In this document: positions 49,356 to 60,047 of the stretch, in pieces
Layout of the letters: the number at the start of each line of letters is the position of its first letter
Position numbering within the stretch: the first letter of the stretch is position 1
From: Patescibacteria group bacterium
Lineage (GTDB): Bacteria > Patescibacteriota > Patescibacteriia > Veblenbacterales > UBA10138
Assembly: GCA_041645215.1 (NCBI GenBank)
Contig: JBAZQK010000007.1
Coordinates: 8,976-72,975 of the forward strand
Reading direction: 5' to 3'
DNA length: 64,000 nt
The notes under the pieces: model-generated
Told to the model about the DNA's origin: nothing
What the model saw: the letters and a program-made list of their open reading frames with translations, nothing else
Database searches by the model: none
Translations under genes and position numbers: made by a program

Positions 49356-51665
49356 TTGACTGCTGTCTTAATGGTCGCGGCCAAATCAGCAAAAAGTGCT
49401 ACAATAAATTATATGCCAACTACTTTATTAGCCAGCCTGCTCGGTTTAATACTAAGCCTAAACCTGTGGCTGGTGCATTCCCTTATTCTTGGCTTACTGG
49501 TCGGGTTCGCGTATTTATGGCTAACCGGCACACTCTGGAGCGAACGATTAAAACTAAATAGCTGGTTGGAAAAGTTTGTTATCGGTAGTATCAGTTTAAT
49601 GGCCGCTGTCATAATTATCAGCACCATTGGTTTTTATATTGGCCTATTTAATAAATACCTCATCGGCCTACTATTGGTAGCCTTACCTTTGGCTGGCCAA
49701 TTTAAACAAGTCAAATTTACCCTCCTCCGCAAGCGACAGCGAGCGGAGAATGATCAGCCTGTAAAAGCGGGAATGAATGAGGATATCCTCCGTAGCCTTG
49801 GCGAAGAAGGATATGCTGCGGAGGGTTCTGCCCGACGAAACATGGTGAGAGGTGCCACGAGCAGCCTACTCCGTCCTCCTAAGGAGGACGGAGTAGGCTG
49901 GGTAAGCCTGTGGAACTCAACTTTGGCCGCCGCCTTAGCCATTACCTGGCAAAAAATACTCACACTGACGCTCTTTATCATTTTAGCCGGCTTAACCAGT
50001 TACAGCCTTTACTATGTGTTAAGCAATGAAGCCCTGCGCACACCCTGGCAGGTTGTGTTGCCAATAACTTTCGCACTTTATGCCGGCGCCGTCGCCGCTT
50101 GGCTAATAGTCAGCCGCTATTTCAAAGCCGGCGGCCTAATATTACTTTATTTGATAAGTTCAAGTGTATTGCCGCTAGTCTACGCTTTGGGTTATGGCTT
50201 TGACCCGTTTATTCACCAAGCCACGGCTAAAATTTTAGCTAACACCGGCACCATTGACCCTAAACCCTTATATTACATTGGCCAGTACGTAATCGTGGTA
50301 ATAATCAACTGGGTCACGGCTCTGCCTATTAACCTCATAGATAAATGGCTGTTGCCGATTTTAACCAGTTTGATTCTGCCTGTGCTCACGGTACGAAAAC
50401 TAAAACAGACCGCCACGGATAATTATCTACTGGTACTGGCTGGAGCCTTGCCATTAATTTTTTTGCTCAGTCAATTCACTTACACCACCCCGCAGGGTTT
50501 AGCTAATTTATTAGCCTTAGTTCTAATTTTTACTTGGTTTAAAAATAATGACGGCGTTCACCTGCCTATTTGGTTTAGCTGGCTAGTGGCGCTAGCTGGC
50601 GTGGCCGTTCATCCCCTGACAGGACTGCCTCTGCTGGGATTAAATACCATTTGGCAAATATACCAAAGCAATCTTAAACTAAATATCAAAAAATGGCTGC
50701 TGGGTTTGGCGGCCACGGCCACGGCCTTAGTGGTACCGCTCGGATTCGCGGTGATGTCCTGGCTCAAACCGTCAGCCGCCAGTATTAAATTATCATTTGA
50801 CTGGTGGAATAGTTTGGCGCGCCTTGGTAGCAATCTGGCTGGAGCTTTGCCGATTTTACCGCCCTATACTGAAGTGGCTGACGTGGTTTATTTATGGGGC
50901 CGGCCGTTGGTTTTAATAATTGTGGCGTTAGCGGCTTGGGGCTGGTACCGCACTAGCAAATACCGCTTGGGCGCCGGATTTTTAATCACCAGCTTTGGCT
51001 TGCTGACTTTGAGTTATTTGCTTTTAAATTTATTTGCCAAATTTCCTAATCTGCCGACCAATGAGCAGAATTTTTATGCGGCGCGTTTATGGGAGTTGGC
51101 TTTGTTCACACTCTGGCCGTTGGCGCTCTATGGCGGATATCAAATTATCCATTATGTTTGGTACGAACGGCGCGCGCCTTATTTAGTGAGTGTAAGTTTA
51201 GTGTTAATATTAACAGCCTCATTTTACCTGACTTACCCCAGGCTGGATGTTTATCATCGCGATACCGGCTACAACACCACGCCCGATGATGTGCAAGCCG
51301 TAAAACTGATAAATAATGTTGGCGCCAATGGCAATTATGCCGTGCTCGCCAATCAGGCGGTCGCCGCCGCCGCCATCAAGACGTACAGTTTCAACAAATA
51401 CTTTGGACAAAATTTTTACTACCCCCTGCCGACCGGAACTAATCCATTGTACCAGGTCTATTTGAACGCGGCCGAGCGCGGATTGCCGACGCGTGCGACC
51501 ATTAAAACCGCGGCTGATATCACCGGCGCGCCGCAAATTTTTTTGGTTTTGAATAAATACTGGGCAAACTTTGACAAACTTACCGTCGTCGCCGACAGCG
51601 CCGCCAACCAAAAATGGCTGGTAGGCGACGGCCGTATTGCCATTTACCGCTACGATTTTAAATAA
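49356..51665 (+). CDS. Large polytopic membrane protein (possible GT-C-like or polymerase). The likely start is Met20 at 49413.
   Basis: About 14 TM segments. It contains an in-frame P-family repeat encoding a hydrophilic loop (49740-49905). Confidence 0.5.
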   Translation: MTAVLMVAAKSAKSATINYMPTTLLASLLGLILSLNLWLVHSLILGLLVGFAYLWLTGTLWSERLKLNSWLEKFVIGSISLMAAVIIISTIGFYIGLFNKYLIGLLLVALPLAGQFKQVKFTLLRKRQRAENDQPVKAGMNEDILRSLGEEGYAAEGSARRNMVRGATSSLLRPPKEDGVGWVSLWNSTLAAALAITWQKILTLTLFIILAGLTSYSLYYVLSNEALRTPWQVVLPITFALYAGAVAAWLIVSRYFKAGGLILLYLISSSVLPLVYALGYGFDPFIHQATAKILANTGTIDPKPLYYIGQYVIVVIINWVTALPINLIDKWLLPILTSLILPVLTVRKLKQTATDNYLLVLAGALPLIFLLSQFTYTTPQGLANLLALVLIFTWFKNNDGVHLPIWFSWLVALAGVAVHPLTGLPLLGLNTIWQIYQSNLKLNIKKWLLGLAATATALVVPLGFAVMSWLKPSAASIKLSFDWWNSLARLGSNLAGALPILPPYTEVADVVYLWGRPLVLIIVALAAWGWYRTSKYRLGAGFLITSFGLLTLSYLLLNLFAKFPNLPTNEQNFYAARLWELALFTLWPLALYGGYQIIHYVWYERRAPYLVSVSLVLILTASFYLTYPRLDVYHRDTGYNTTPDDVQAVKLINNVGANGNYAVLANQAVAAAAIKTYSFNKYFGQNFYYPLPTGTNPLYQVYLNAAERGLPTRATIKTAADITGAPQIFLVLNKYWANFDKLTVVADSAANQKWLVGDGRIAIYRYDFK
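49740..49905. repeat. P-family palindromic element inserted in-frame in a CDS
   Basis: The perfect 33-nt palindrome cctactccgtcctcctaaggaggacggagtagg lies at 49865-49897. It encodes '...RGATSSLLRPPKEDGVGW...'. Confidence 0.6.
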
Positions 51666-51667
51666 TT

Positions 51668-51700
51668 TAGGGTCTGTTTGGTTAAACAGACCCTGGTTTA
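51668..51700. terminator. Hairpin terminator between convergent genes
   Basis: agggtctgtttg gtt aaacagaccct, followed by U-rich sequence. Confidence 0.45.
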
Positions 51701-52173
51701 ATAAAAATATTTTTAATCCAGAAAAAAATTTTCCGAAATAAATTTTTTTGTATGATAATCTCGCTGTTCAAATTCCAAGTGCCATTCAGGTACAAACCTT
51801 TTATCTCACCCAGCTGAGACAGTTTGATATCTGCGCACGGTAATGTATCAATCCCAATATACAAACTGTAATCCTCATCCGACAGCTCCGGCAAGAGACA
51901 CTGAATTCCCAGGTGATTATCAGCGCGGTTTCTGTTGGCAATTTTGATTTTGGCCAGATCAACCTTCCGCTCCAGCTTAGCCAGGCAAATCGTTGCGCTA
52001 TAACCAAAAATGGCATTAATGCGCAATAATCCGTCCTGATTGCGAAACTGAATTTGCGGTAATTTTTTAACAGCCACGCTTTGACTAACCAGACTGATTG
52101 TCATAGCATTGTTGTTTATTTTTATTACTATGGAAATGTTTGAATTAAAATTTTGTAAATATACTTTTTTCAA
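51682..52173 (-). CDS. Hypothetical protein (low GC)
   Basis: ORF only. No domain recognised. Confidence 0.3.
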   Translation of the reverse strand: MKKVYLQNFNSNISIVIKINNNAMTISLVSQSVAVKKLPQIQFRNQDGLLRINAIFGYSATICLAKLERKVDLAKIKIANRNRADNHLGIQCLLPELSDEDYSLYIGIDTLPCADIKLSQLGEIKGLYLNGTWNLNSEIIIQKNLFRKIFFWIKNIFIKPGSV

Positions 52174-52220
52174 TTTTTACTCCTTGGCATTAAGTTTGAT
52201 TTTGGTTTTCTTATTATTTT

Positions 52221-52351
52221 TAGGACTTACGCACTTGACCGTTTTTGGGTGTCATTCCCGTGCCAACGGGAATCCAGGCTGTGTAGAATGGCCATATTCT
52301 GGATCCCCGCATACGCGAGGATGACAGAAAGAGACCAAGTGCGTAAGTCCT
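52221..52351. mobile_element. X-family short copy X3 (TIR aggacttacgcacttg / caagtgcgtaagtcct)
   Basis: 131 bp. Perfect 16-nt TIRs with internal nested dyads. Confidence 0.65.
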
Positions 52352-52420
52352 AACTTTATTAAATACTTCAATACCATTTTCAAAAAACCACTTTCACCAG
52401 GCGGACGGATGAAGCTTAAG

Positions 52421-53713
52421 TCAAGAGCTCAATCGAGCTAACAAACTTGTAAGTTCGCGCGCGTAATCAGCCAAATTACTGGCTGAACTATTTTGTTTGG
52501 TATGACTGGCGGCGGCCGCCAATAAACTTGGGTTATCCAAACACCTATTAAGTTTTTGCGTAAACTCGGCCTCACTGCCGGGCGTGAACATCCAACCATT
52601 AACCCCCTCCTCCATAAGTTCCGGAATTCCGCCGCTTTGTGAGGCCAGCACCGGCGTACCCTGAACTTTAGCCATGGTAATAATGGTGGGCGCGTTTTCT
52701 AAACACAATGACGGTACGATTGCCAGGTGACTGTCGGCAATATAATTGTCAATTTCGGCTTGCGTGACAGTACGGTTAAGGGCAAAACGTTTATCGTCAC
52801 CAATCAAATTAACCAGCCGGGCCCAATTGTCCAGCGCGCCGACCGCTACAATTCGCAATGACCAATCACTCCGTGAACTTTTTTTAAGTGTTTGCACCAA
52901 CCAAAATATACCCTTATGCTCTTGAATCTGCCCGACGTATATCAAATTAACCAGACCCAGCGGCTTAAAGACCGATAGCGGGGCGGCCAGTGGCGGAACC
53001 GGATTGGGTATTACCTTAATTTCACTATTTTTAAAAAATCCCCGACTAATGTGTTCAGCCATCAGCCAACGCGATGGCGCCACCACAATATTTACCGGCT
53101 GGAATAACCAACGGGTAATAAACTGATAAACCTTAACGATTAAATTTTCATAACTCTCCTCAACCTGAAGCTTCCACGGGCTCATCCCGCCGTCTATGGT
53201 ATATTTCATTTCGGCGGCGCCCGTCCTCCGTCCTCCTTGGGAGGACGAGGGTGGATAAAATAAACCCGAGGGGTGTAGCAGTTGGACATCGTGCAAGGTG
53301 TGAAGATGTTTAAGCGACAGCGACTTAATGGCGCGCGGCAACCAAAACGACAAGCCCATCAAGTTAAAACTAATCACCGCCGCCGGCTTAACTTTTGCCA
53401 AAATTCGCCTGACCTGCCCCGCCGCCAGCCAATTAAACAAATTTATTTTATGCCAAACTAATCGCCACCCTAAACCATGGCGGGCGGCGTTAAGGTAATA
53501 ATAAACATTCAGCGGATAAAACCGATAAACCGCTATTTTATGCTCAATTCGGCAATCAGTTTTAAAACTACGCAAAGCCTGCCAGGGCGCGCTGGTAATA
53601 ACCGACACCTCATGTCCTTGATTAATCAATTCGACCGCTAACTGACTGGCGATGTATTCGGCGCCGCCGCGCCCGAACGGCGGATAAAGATTGGAAATTA
53701 TCGTGATTTTCAT
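52421..53713 (-). CDS. Glycosyltransferase family 4, with an in-frame repeat insertion
   Basis: GT4 C-terminal 'ASQSGGIPELMEEGVNG'. P-family core at 53230-53246 encodes 'PPSSSQGGRRTGAAE'. Confidence 0.82.
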   Translation of the reverse strand: MKITIISNLYPPFGRGGAEYIASQLAVELINQGHEVSVITSAPWQALRSFKTDCRIEHKIAVYRFYPLNVYYYLNAARHGLGWRLVWHKINLFNWLAAGQVRRILAKVKPAAVISFNLMGLSFWLPRAIKSLSLKHLHTLHDVQLLHPSGLFYPPSSSQGGRRTGAAEMKYTIDGGMSPWKLQVEESYENLIVKVYQFITRWLFQPVNIVVAPSRWLMAEHISRGFFKNSEIKVIPNPVPPLAAPLSVFKPLGLVNLIYVGQIQEHKGIFWLVQTLKKSSRSDWSLRIVAVGALDNWARLVNLIGDDKRFALNRTVTQAEIDNYIADSHLAIVPSLCLENAPTIITMAKVQGTPVLASQSGGIPELMEEGVNGWMFTPGSEAEFTQKLNRCLDNPSLLAAAASHTKQNSSASNLADYARELTSLLARLSS

Positions 53714-54834
53714 AGCAAACCTCGGTATAAATCATCAAGCTCTTGTCCCAACTTATCCCATTGGTAATTTTGCCGCGCGCGCTGGGCGCCGTTTTGTCCT
53801 AAGTGGCGCGCTTTATCAGGATTATTCAGTAAAATATCAATTGCCGCGGCCAAACTGTCAGCGCTGCCCGCCACTGCCAATAATCCATTTTGCCCGTCCT
53901 TGATTAATTCCCGCACGCCGGGCAAACGCGAGGCAATTACCGGCAGGCCCGTTGCCATGGCTTGTAAAGCCGCCAAACCAAAGGCTTCGGCTTGGCTGGT
54001 GGAGGGAAACAAAAATATATCAGCCGCCTGGTAATAAAGCGGTAATTCCCGATCCTTAACAAACCCGACAAAATTCACTCTGGGGGCCAAACCTAATTTC
54101 TGCGCCATGGCGGCGTAATGAGTTTTTAACTTACCGGCGCCCACTACCATTAAACGCCACGGATATTTTTTTAATTTAACTAAACTGGCTAACAACACGC
54201 CTAAACCCTTAAAAGCATGGGCCTGGTCAAGCGTACCGACAAACAACAAAACCGTTTCCTCACGCTTAATGTTGTACTGCTGACGAACCACTGATGGCTC
54301 AAACGCCGGTGTAAACCTGGCCTCAACCCCAAACGGCATCACCCGCCACTTGCCAGTCTCACCTAACAACGGCCAACCGACCTCCCTCATATAATCTTGG
54401 GTAGCGCATAAAATAGCATCGGCCCGGCGCGCCAACGCCCGCGCCGTCAGCTTGGTATCAAGCAGAAAAACTTTATCTTTCAACCCGCCGCCGCGCGCCG
54501 TCATATGAAATGTCATAACTAATTTTTGCTTAGGCGACAGCTTAGCTAACCATTCGTGAACGCCAAAAAAAGGATAATGCAAATGCACAATATCAAAATC
54601 TTTTAAACGCCCCAAAATAGTGGGGTTAAAAGCGGCCTTGCCAATGCTAACCCACGGCTTAAATGGCGCAACTTTAACGCCCGGCAGTTGCGCAAAGGTT
54701 AAACCTTTATTATAAAGCGGAGTTAAAACCGTTACTTCGTGTGGCGACGCCAACAAACGGGCGTAATGATAAGCCACATAACCAATGCCGCCGCCGTAGG
54801 GCGGATATACGCATGTCAGCTGACAAATTTTCAT
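53710..54834 (-). CDS. Glycosyltransferase family 4
   Basis: 'FPSTSQAEAFGLAALQAMATGLPVIASR' matches the EX7E region. Confidence 0.85.
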   Translation of the reverse strand: MKICQLTCVYPPYGGGIGYVAYHYARLLASPHEVTVLTPLYNKGLTFAQLPGVKVAPFKPWVSIGKAAFNPTILGRLKDFDIVHLHYPFFGVHEWLAKLSPKQKLVMTFHMTARGGGLKDKVFLLDTKLTARALARRADAILCATQDYMREVGWPLLGETGKWRVMPFGVEARFTPAFEPSVVRQQYNIKREETVLLFVGTLDQAHAFKGLGVLLASLVKLKKYPWRLMVVGAGKLKTHYAAMAQKLGLAPRVNFVGFVKDRELPLYYQAADIFLFPSTSQAEAFGLAALQAMATGLPVIASRLPGVRELIKDGQNGLLAVAGSADSLAAAIDILLNNPDKARHLGQNGAQRARQNYQWDKLGQELDDLYRGLL

Positions 54835-54838
54835 AATC

Positions 54839-55888
54839 TTACCATCTTATAATGGGAAAAATTATTCGCCAACCGCTGGCGCTTAGATAATTAAAAACTT
54901 TCATAAACAAACTTTCTTCTTGCCATTGTAGTTCACCGGCCGCCCAGCGCAGCAAATCGCGATCTTTAAGAGCCGTCAGCTTTTTTAAGGCTGAGCGTTT
55001 GTTAATTATATAGTTTCTGGCGGCGGGACGAAATAAATATTCCAGCGCTCTAATTTTGGCCCCCAGCCAACCGCCGCGCCCGGCCCCCAATATTATTGCC
55101 AACTCCGCCGCCGCGGCGGGCAAAAACAACAGCGCCAAAGTCGCGGGTTTAAAATAACTAAGCCACACCAAATAACGGTTGCGCTCCATAAAATACATTT
55201 GTGTCTTACTGCGCCGCGGCTCATAATAATGGGTAACCGCGGTTTGTCTGGTAATACCCAGTTTCCAACCGGCCGCGCGCAACCGCAAACTCAACTCCAA
55301 ATCTTCGTGATACATAAATAAATCTTCGTCAAATAAGCCCGTCTGGCGCAACGCCGCCGCGCGCAGTAAAACCGCGGCGCCGGAAAAATACGGCGGTTCC
55401 GGATTAGTGTTGTGGCCGTAAAATTTTTGCCAAGCCGCGTCTAAATCCTGCCCATTGCCCACAGCCTCGCCCAAACCCAAATAATGAAAGGAATTGCCAA
55501 TGCTGTTTACCAAACCGTTCGGCAGCAGTATAACCGGCTGGACCGCCGCCGCTTTGGAATTTTGTTGTAAATACTCAACTAATCCAGCTAAGGCGCCGGC
55601 GGTAAGTTCGGCGTCTTGATTTAACAAAAAAATATACTCGGCGCCGTCAGCCAGCGCGCGCTTAATGCCAATATTATTGCCGCGGGCAAAACCAAAATTT
55701 TCACCCTGACGGATTAACTTAACAGTCGGATATTCCAACTTTATAAGTTCCGCCGTATTATCACGGGAATTATTATCCACCGCGTAAACCGGCACGCCAG
55801 CGGCGTACTTAGCGCACGACCCTAAACTAACCGCCAACCAACGTTTGGCGTTATAGGTAACAACAACAATGGCGGTTTGGTTCAACAT
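54839..55888 (-). CDS. Glycosyltransferase family 2
   Basis: 'VVVTYN...DNNSRDNT' (DxD) and 'FLLNQDAEL' are present. Confidence 0.8.
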   Translation of the reverse strand: MLNQTAIVVVTYNAKRWLAVSLGSCAKYAAGVPVYAVDNNSRDNTAELIKLEYPTVKLIRQGENFGFARGNNIGIKRALADGAEYIFLLNQDAELTAGALAGLVEYLQQNSKAAAVQPVILLPNGLVNSIGNSFHYLGLGEAVGNGQDLDAAWQKFYGHNTNPEPPYFSGAAVLLRAAALRQTGLFDEDLFMYHEDLELSLRLRAAGWKLGITRQTAVTHYYEPRRSKTQMYFMERNRYLVWLSYFKPATLALLFLPAAAAELAIILGAGRGGWLGAKIRALEYLFRPAARNYIINKRSALKKLTALKDRDLLRWAAGELQWQEESLFMKVFNYLSASGWRIIFPIIRW

Positions 55889-56253
55889 TAATCCGGTGAA
55901 CTATTATTTTGTTCAGGCTTAGGCGGCTCCACCTTATTATCACCGGCTAAACCTCTAACCACAGCGGTTAAATCGCGCTCGAATTTTTCCAGCCGCACAT
56001 AAACTCGAAATATTAACCAGAAGGCCAAGACTAATCCAATATACAAAACTAAATCACTGCCCCGCCCCACGCCGGCCACGGCCGCCAAATAAGACGACAA
56101 ATCCGGGGCCGCCACAATCACGGCCGCCAACAGCCAAAAAGCCAACCAACTTACAAACTCCACCACCCCCAGTTCGCGCGCCTTGTATTTGTTCCACAGA
56201 CGCCAGCCAAATATTAAAATCATCAGTAATAAAATGTATTGTATTAGTGTCAT
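55888..56253 (-). CDS. Small membrane protein (DUF2304-like), partner of the GT2
   Basis: 3 TM segments, with a stop/start overlap to the neighbouring genes. Confidence 0.45.
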   Translation of the reverse strand: MTLIQYILLLMILIFGWRLWNKYKARELGVVEFVSWLAFWLLAAVIVAAPDLSSYLAAVAGVGRGSDLVLYIGLVLAFWLIFRVYVRLEKFERDLTAVVRGLAGDNKVEPPKPEQNNSSPD

Positions 56254-56258
56254 AGGCG

Positions 56259-56933
56259 TTATGATAAAAATTTACTCCAAAAAATATCTTTAACGATTTT
56301 TAGAGCCGGCCATTTGCCCTGCTGGCTGCGGCGACGACTGTATTCGGTATATTTAACTGTCACTGGCACTTCGCGGTAGCGTAAGTTATGCCGCGCCGTT
56401 TCGTCCATAATTTCGGAACTAAACGCCATCCGCGATTGGCGCAAGTTCATATCCTGCCAAGCCGCCCGACTAACGGCGCGAAAACCGTTATGGGCGTCAG
56501 TCAATTTCAAACCGGACATAAACCAAGTAAAATAAATCGCCAACTTAAGCGTAACATAGCGCAGAGCGCTGATGCCCTCCACCCGGCCTAAAAAGCGCGA
56601 ACCAAATACAATATCGGCTTCACCGGCGGCCACCGGCGCGATAACCGTGTTAAGCTCGTTCGCCGCAAATTGACCATCAGCGTCAAAGTGCACCGCTATA
56701 TCGGCTCCGCGCTTAAAGGCGCTATTCGTGCCGGTTATAAGGGCGGCGCCATAACCGCGGTTAATTAGGTGTTTGAGCACATAAGCGCCGGCGGCGGCGG
56801 CCGCAACGGACGTATCATCAGTTGAGCCATCATCAACCACTATCACCTCGCCCACGCGCGGCTTTACTTGCGCCACGACCCGGGCGATTGAGGCGGCCTC
56901 GTTGTAGGCCGGAATAACTGCGGTTATATTCAT
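56259..56933 (-). CDS. Glycosyltransferase family 2 (polyprenol-phosphate sugar synthase-like). The likely start is 'MNITAVIPAYNE'.
   Basis: 'VIPAYNEAASI' and 'VVDDGSTDDT' motifs are present. Confidence 0.85.
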   Translation of the reverse strand: MNITAVIPAYNEAASIARVVAQVKPRVGEVIVVDDGSTDDTSVAAAAAGAYVLKHLINRGYGAALITGTNSAFKRGADIAVHFDADGQFAANELNTVIAPVAAGEADIVFGSRFLGRVEGISALRYVTLKLAIYFTWFMSGLKLTDAHNGFRAVSRAAWQDMNLRQSRMAFSSEIMDETARHNLRYREVPVTVKYTEYSRRRSQQGKWPALKIVKDIFWSKFLS

Positions 56934-56937
56934 AACT

Positions 56938-57855
56938 TTACGAATGTGATTTATACCAGCGCAAAGTCTGGCGCAAGCCGTCAATAATCGGCACCGTGGC
57001 CTGCCATTTCAAATCACGCTGGGCTTTTTGGGGGGATAAACAACTGCGATTTATATCCTGCTCGCGGGCGGGAGCATACTCAATCAGCGGCACCTCACCA
57101 ATTACTTCGCCAATCCTAACTGCCAACTCACGAATTGAAATTTCGGTTCCGGTCGCGAGATTATACACGCCCCGTCCCTGTTGCAGGGCCAGCGCCATTC
57201 CTTGAGCCACATCGGTCACGTAAATAAAATCACGCGTTTGCTGGCCGGTGCCGTCAATCAAAATTGCTTTGCCTTGCAATAACTTATTACAAAAAATCGC
57301 CACCACCCCGCCCTCGCCCCCAGTTTTCTGCCGCGGTCCGTAAACATTGGCCGGGCGCGCCACGACATAGGGCACACCAAAATCACTGGCATAATAAGCT
57401 AAATATTTCTCAATCGTTAATTTAGACAGCGCGTAGGGCGACCCCGGTTTAAGCGTCGCCTCTTCGGCGGCGGGGGTTATATCAGGCGCGCCATAGACCG
57501 CGGCCGAGGAAACAAACAAAAATTTTTTTAAACCTATATTCTTAACCGCCTCCAGTACATTAAGCGTACCGACAATGTTTATGTCGGCATCGTGCGCCGC
57601 ATCGTCGCGCGAGGCCGGCGCGCTTGATTGCGCCGCCAAATGACAGACGTAAGAGGGCTTAAGCCGGCGCGCCAGTGAGCGCAAATTGCCGGAACGGATA
57701 TCAAGTTTATGAAACTTGGCCGCGGGGGCGACATATTTTTTTTTGCCGCTGGATAAATCGTCCACCACCGTAACTTGCAAACCAGCCCGCAACAAAGCTT
57801 CCACCAAATGCGAACCGATAAACCCGGCCCCGCCGGTTACTAAAACGTGTTCCAT
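56938..57855 (-). CDS. NAD-dependent epimerase/dehydratase (GalE-like)
   Basis: '[14 protein letters not shown]' and 'YALSK' are present. Confidence 0.85.
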   Translation of the reverse strand: MEHVLVTGGAGFIGSHLVEALLRAGLQVTVVDDLSSGKKKYVAPAAKFHKLDIRSGNLRSLARRLKPSYVCHLAAQSSAPASRDDAAHDADINIVGTLNVLEAVKNIGLKKFLFVSSAAVYGAPDITPAAEEATLKPGSPYALSKLTIEKYLAYYASDFGVPYVVARPANVYGPRQKTGGEGGVVAIFCNKLLQGKAILIDGTGQQTRDFIYVTDVAQGMALALQQGRGVYNLATGTEISIRELAVRIGEVIGEVPLIEYAPAREQDINRSCLSPQKAQRDLKWQATVPIIDGLRQTLRWYKSHS

Positions 57856-57865
57856 AAAATAATTA

Positions 57866-59017
57866 TTAAACCGGACGAGACAAATATTTTTTTAACACCG
57901 TCACTTTATCCAATTTTTCCCAAGCCGGACCCGGCCAGCCAAAATGGCCATAAGTGGCGGTCGCGCGATAAATCGGCCGACGTAATTTAAGCTGCTTAAT
58001 AATAGCCGACGGCGTCAGCGGAAAATGACGACGAATAATTTTAACCAGATTATCCGCGCTCAAAGAGCTGGTATTAAAAGTGTTGACCGCGATGGAAACC
58101 GGCGCAGGGCGCCCAATTACGTAAGCCAGCTGAATATCACACTCGCCCGCTAAACCGGCGGCCACAATATTCTTGGCTATATAACGGGCGGCATAAGCGC
58201 CGGAACGGTCCACCTTGGACGGATCTTTGCCGCTAAAACAACCACCGCCATGGCGCGCCCGGCCGCCATAAGTATCAACCATAATCTTGCGGCCCGTTAA
58301 ACCGGTATCAGCTTGCGGACCACCAATTATAAATCGGCCCGTACCATTAATAAACACCTTAGTGCGGGCATCAAACATTTTACCGCAGACCGGCTTAATC
58401 ACCTGCGCCAAAATATCGGCGCGCAACTTGGTTAAGCTGACAAGGCGGTCGTGCTGCGCCGCTATCACCACATTATTCAACCTGACCGGCTGACCATTGT
58501 GATATTCCACTGACACCTGCGTTTTGCCGTCGGGCCGCAGATACTTGAGCCGCTTAGTTTTTCTGACCTCGGCCAAGCGTTTGGCCAAACGGTGCGCCAA
58601 CATAATCGGCAACGGCATAAATTCCGCGGTTTCGCGGCAAGCATAGCCAAACATAATGCCCTGGTCGCCGGCGCCCAAAATTTGGCCGCGCCCGACGCCG
58701 CGCTTAATATCGGCGCTTTGCTCATGCAACGACACCAGCACGCCGGCAGCGGCCCAATCAATGCCGTACTCCGCCTTGGTATAACCAATCTCCCGCAAGA
58801 CTTGGCGCGCCACTTTTTGCACGTCCACAAAACCGGTGGTTGATACTTCCCCGCCCACCACCACAATGCCGGTTGTGATAAAAGTTTCAATCGCCACCCG
58901 CGCGTCCGGGTCCTGGCGCAATAATTCATCTAACAGCGCGTCCGATATTTGATCGCAAATTTTATCAGGATGACCCTCGGTAACTGATTCCGAAGTAAAT
59001 AAACTTATATCCTTCAT
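57866..59017 (-). CDS. metK: S-adenosylmethionine synthetase
   Basis: '[20 protein letters not shown]' and '[12 protein letters not shown]' are present. Confidence 0.95.
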   Translation of the reverse strand: MKDISLFTSESVTEGHPDKICDQISDALLDELLRQDPDARVAIETFITTGIVVVGGEVSTTGFVDVQKVARQVLREIGYTKAEYGIDWAAAGVLVSLHEQSADIKRGVGRGQILGAGDQGIMFGYACRETAEFMPLPIMLAHRLAKRLAEVRKTKRLKYLRPDGKTQVSVEYHNGQPVRLNNVVIAAQHDRLVSLTKLRADILAQVIKPVCGKMFDARTKVFINGTGRFIIGGPQADTGLTGRKIMVDTYGGRARHGGGCFSGKDPSKVDRSGAYAARYIAKNIVAAGLAGECDIQLAYVIGRPAPVSIAVNTFNTSSLSADNLVKIIRRHFPLTPSAIIKQLKLRRPIYRATATYGHFGWPGPAWEKLDKVTVLKKYLSRPV

Positions 59018-59019
59018 AA

Positions 59020-60033
59020 TTAATTGTTGCCTACGCCCAACATATTCTTATGCGCCAAAAAATAATCAACTGTTTTCTTTAATCCAACCTCCAGCGGCAC
59101 CAGCGGGAACCAGCCCAAAACTTCCTTAGCTTTAGTAATATCCGGCAACCCCTGACGTGATAAATAAGGCAACGATCCAACTGATTCAATGCCTACCTGA
59201 GCCGCGGTTAATTTAATAATCATCTCCGCCACCGCCTGAATAGTTTTTTGGTCAAGCGCGCCCAAATTAAATATGCCGCCCTCGTCATACTCCATTAGCT
59301 TTATTAAACCGTCCACCATATCAGAGACATAACAATAAGTTGACACTTCCGCCGTTGAACCATAAACAACCAAGGGCTTGCCCGTCACAGCGTGCATAAC
59401 AAAATCGGGAATCATCCGGCCGTCATTTAGTTTCATGCGCGGACCGTAGGTATTGAAAATTCGGGCCAGGCGCACGCTCACCTCACGATGCTGGCCATAA
59501 TTAACCACCAGACTCTCGGCAAACCGCTTACCCTCATTGTAACAACTGCGCGGACCAACCGGGTCAATAAAACCCCAATAACTTTCGGGAATTGGTTGGT
59601 CGTCCGTCGGGTCGCCATAGATCGCCGACGACGAAGCGTGCAAAAATTTAGCCCGGTATTTAACGGCCATTTCCAGCAAATTATAGGTCGCCGCGGCGTT
59701 AGCCTGCAAAGTTTCAATCGGCAGATTGTTATATTCTTTGGGGCTGGTGGGACAAGCTAAATTATAAATTTCCTGAATTCCCTGAAACTTCACTTTAAAA
59801 ATTTCCAGCTCGGCAAACTTATCCAAATCCAATGGCGCCGTCAGGTCGTGCCGTAAAAATTTAAAATTCGGATGCTGTAGTAAAAGATCAATATTTTCCT
59901 CGCTGCCGGTTAAAAAATTGTCCACGCAAATTACATTAGCGGTTGGAATAAGCTGGTCGCACAAATGCGAACCAATAAATCCGGCTCCGCCCGCCACTAA
60001 CACGTTTTTTCGCTCCAATAATTGTTTGTACAT
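59020..60033 (-). CDS. UDP-glucuronate decarboxylase-like NAD-dependent epimerase/dehydratase. The track ORF uses TTG at 60060, inside repeat Y2.
   Basis: '[18 protein letters not shown]', 'YNEGKRFAE' and the UXS-like '[10 protein letters not shown]' are present. Confidence 0.8.
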   Translation of the reverse strand: MYKQLLERKNVLVAGGAGFIGSHLCDQLIPTANVICVDNFLTGSEENIDLLLQHPNFKFLRHDLTAPLDLDKFAELEIFKVKFQGIQEIYNLACPTSPKEYNNLPIETLQANAAATYNLLEMAVKYRAKFLHASSSAIYGDPTDDQPIPESYWGFIDPVGPRSCYNEGKRFAESLVVNYGQHREVSVRLARIFNTYGPRMKLNDGRMIPDFVMHAVTGKPLVVYGSTAEVSTYCYVSDMVDGLIKLMEYDEGGIFNLGALDQKTIQAVAEMIIKLTAAQVGIESVGSLPYLSRQGLPDITKAKEVLGWFPLVPLEVGLKKTVDYFLAHKNMLGVGNN

Positions 60034-60047
60034 AGTTATGTTACTCT

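Noticed and set aside
58287-58929. ORFs of 68, 150 and 83 aa overlapping metK
   Set aside because: They are internal to metK in other frames or strands, with Arg/Cys/Trp-rich translations typical of GC-rich off-frame reading.
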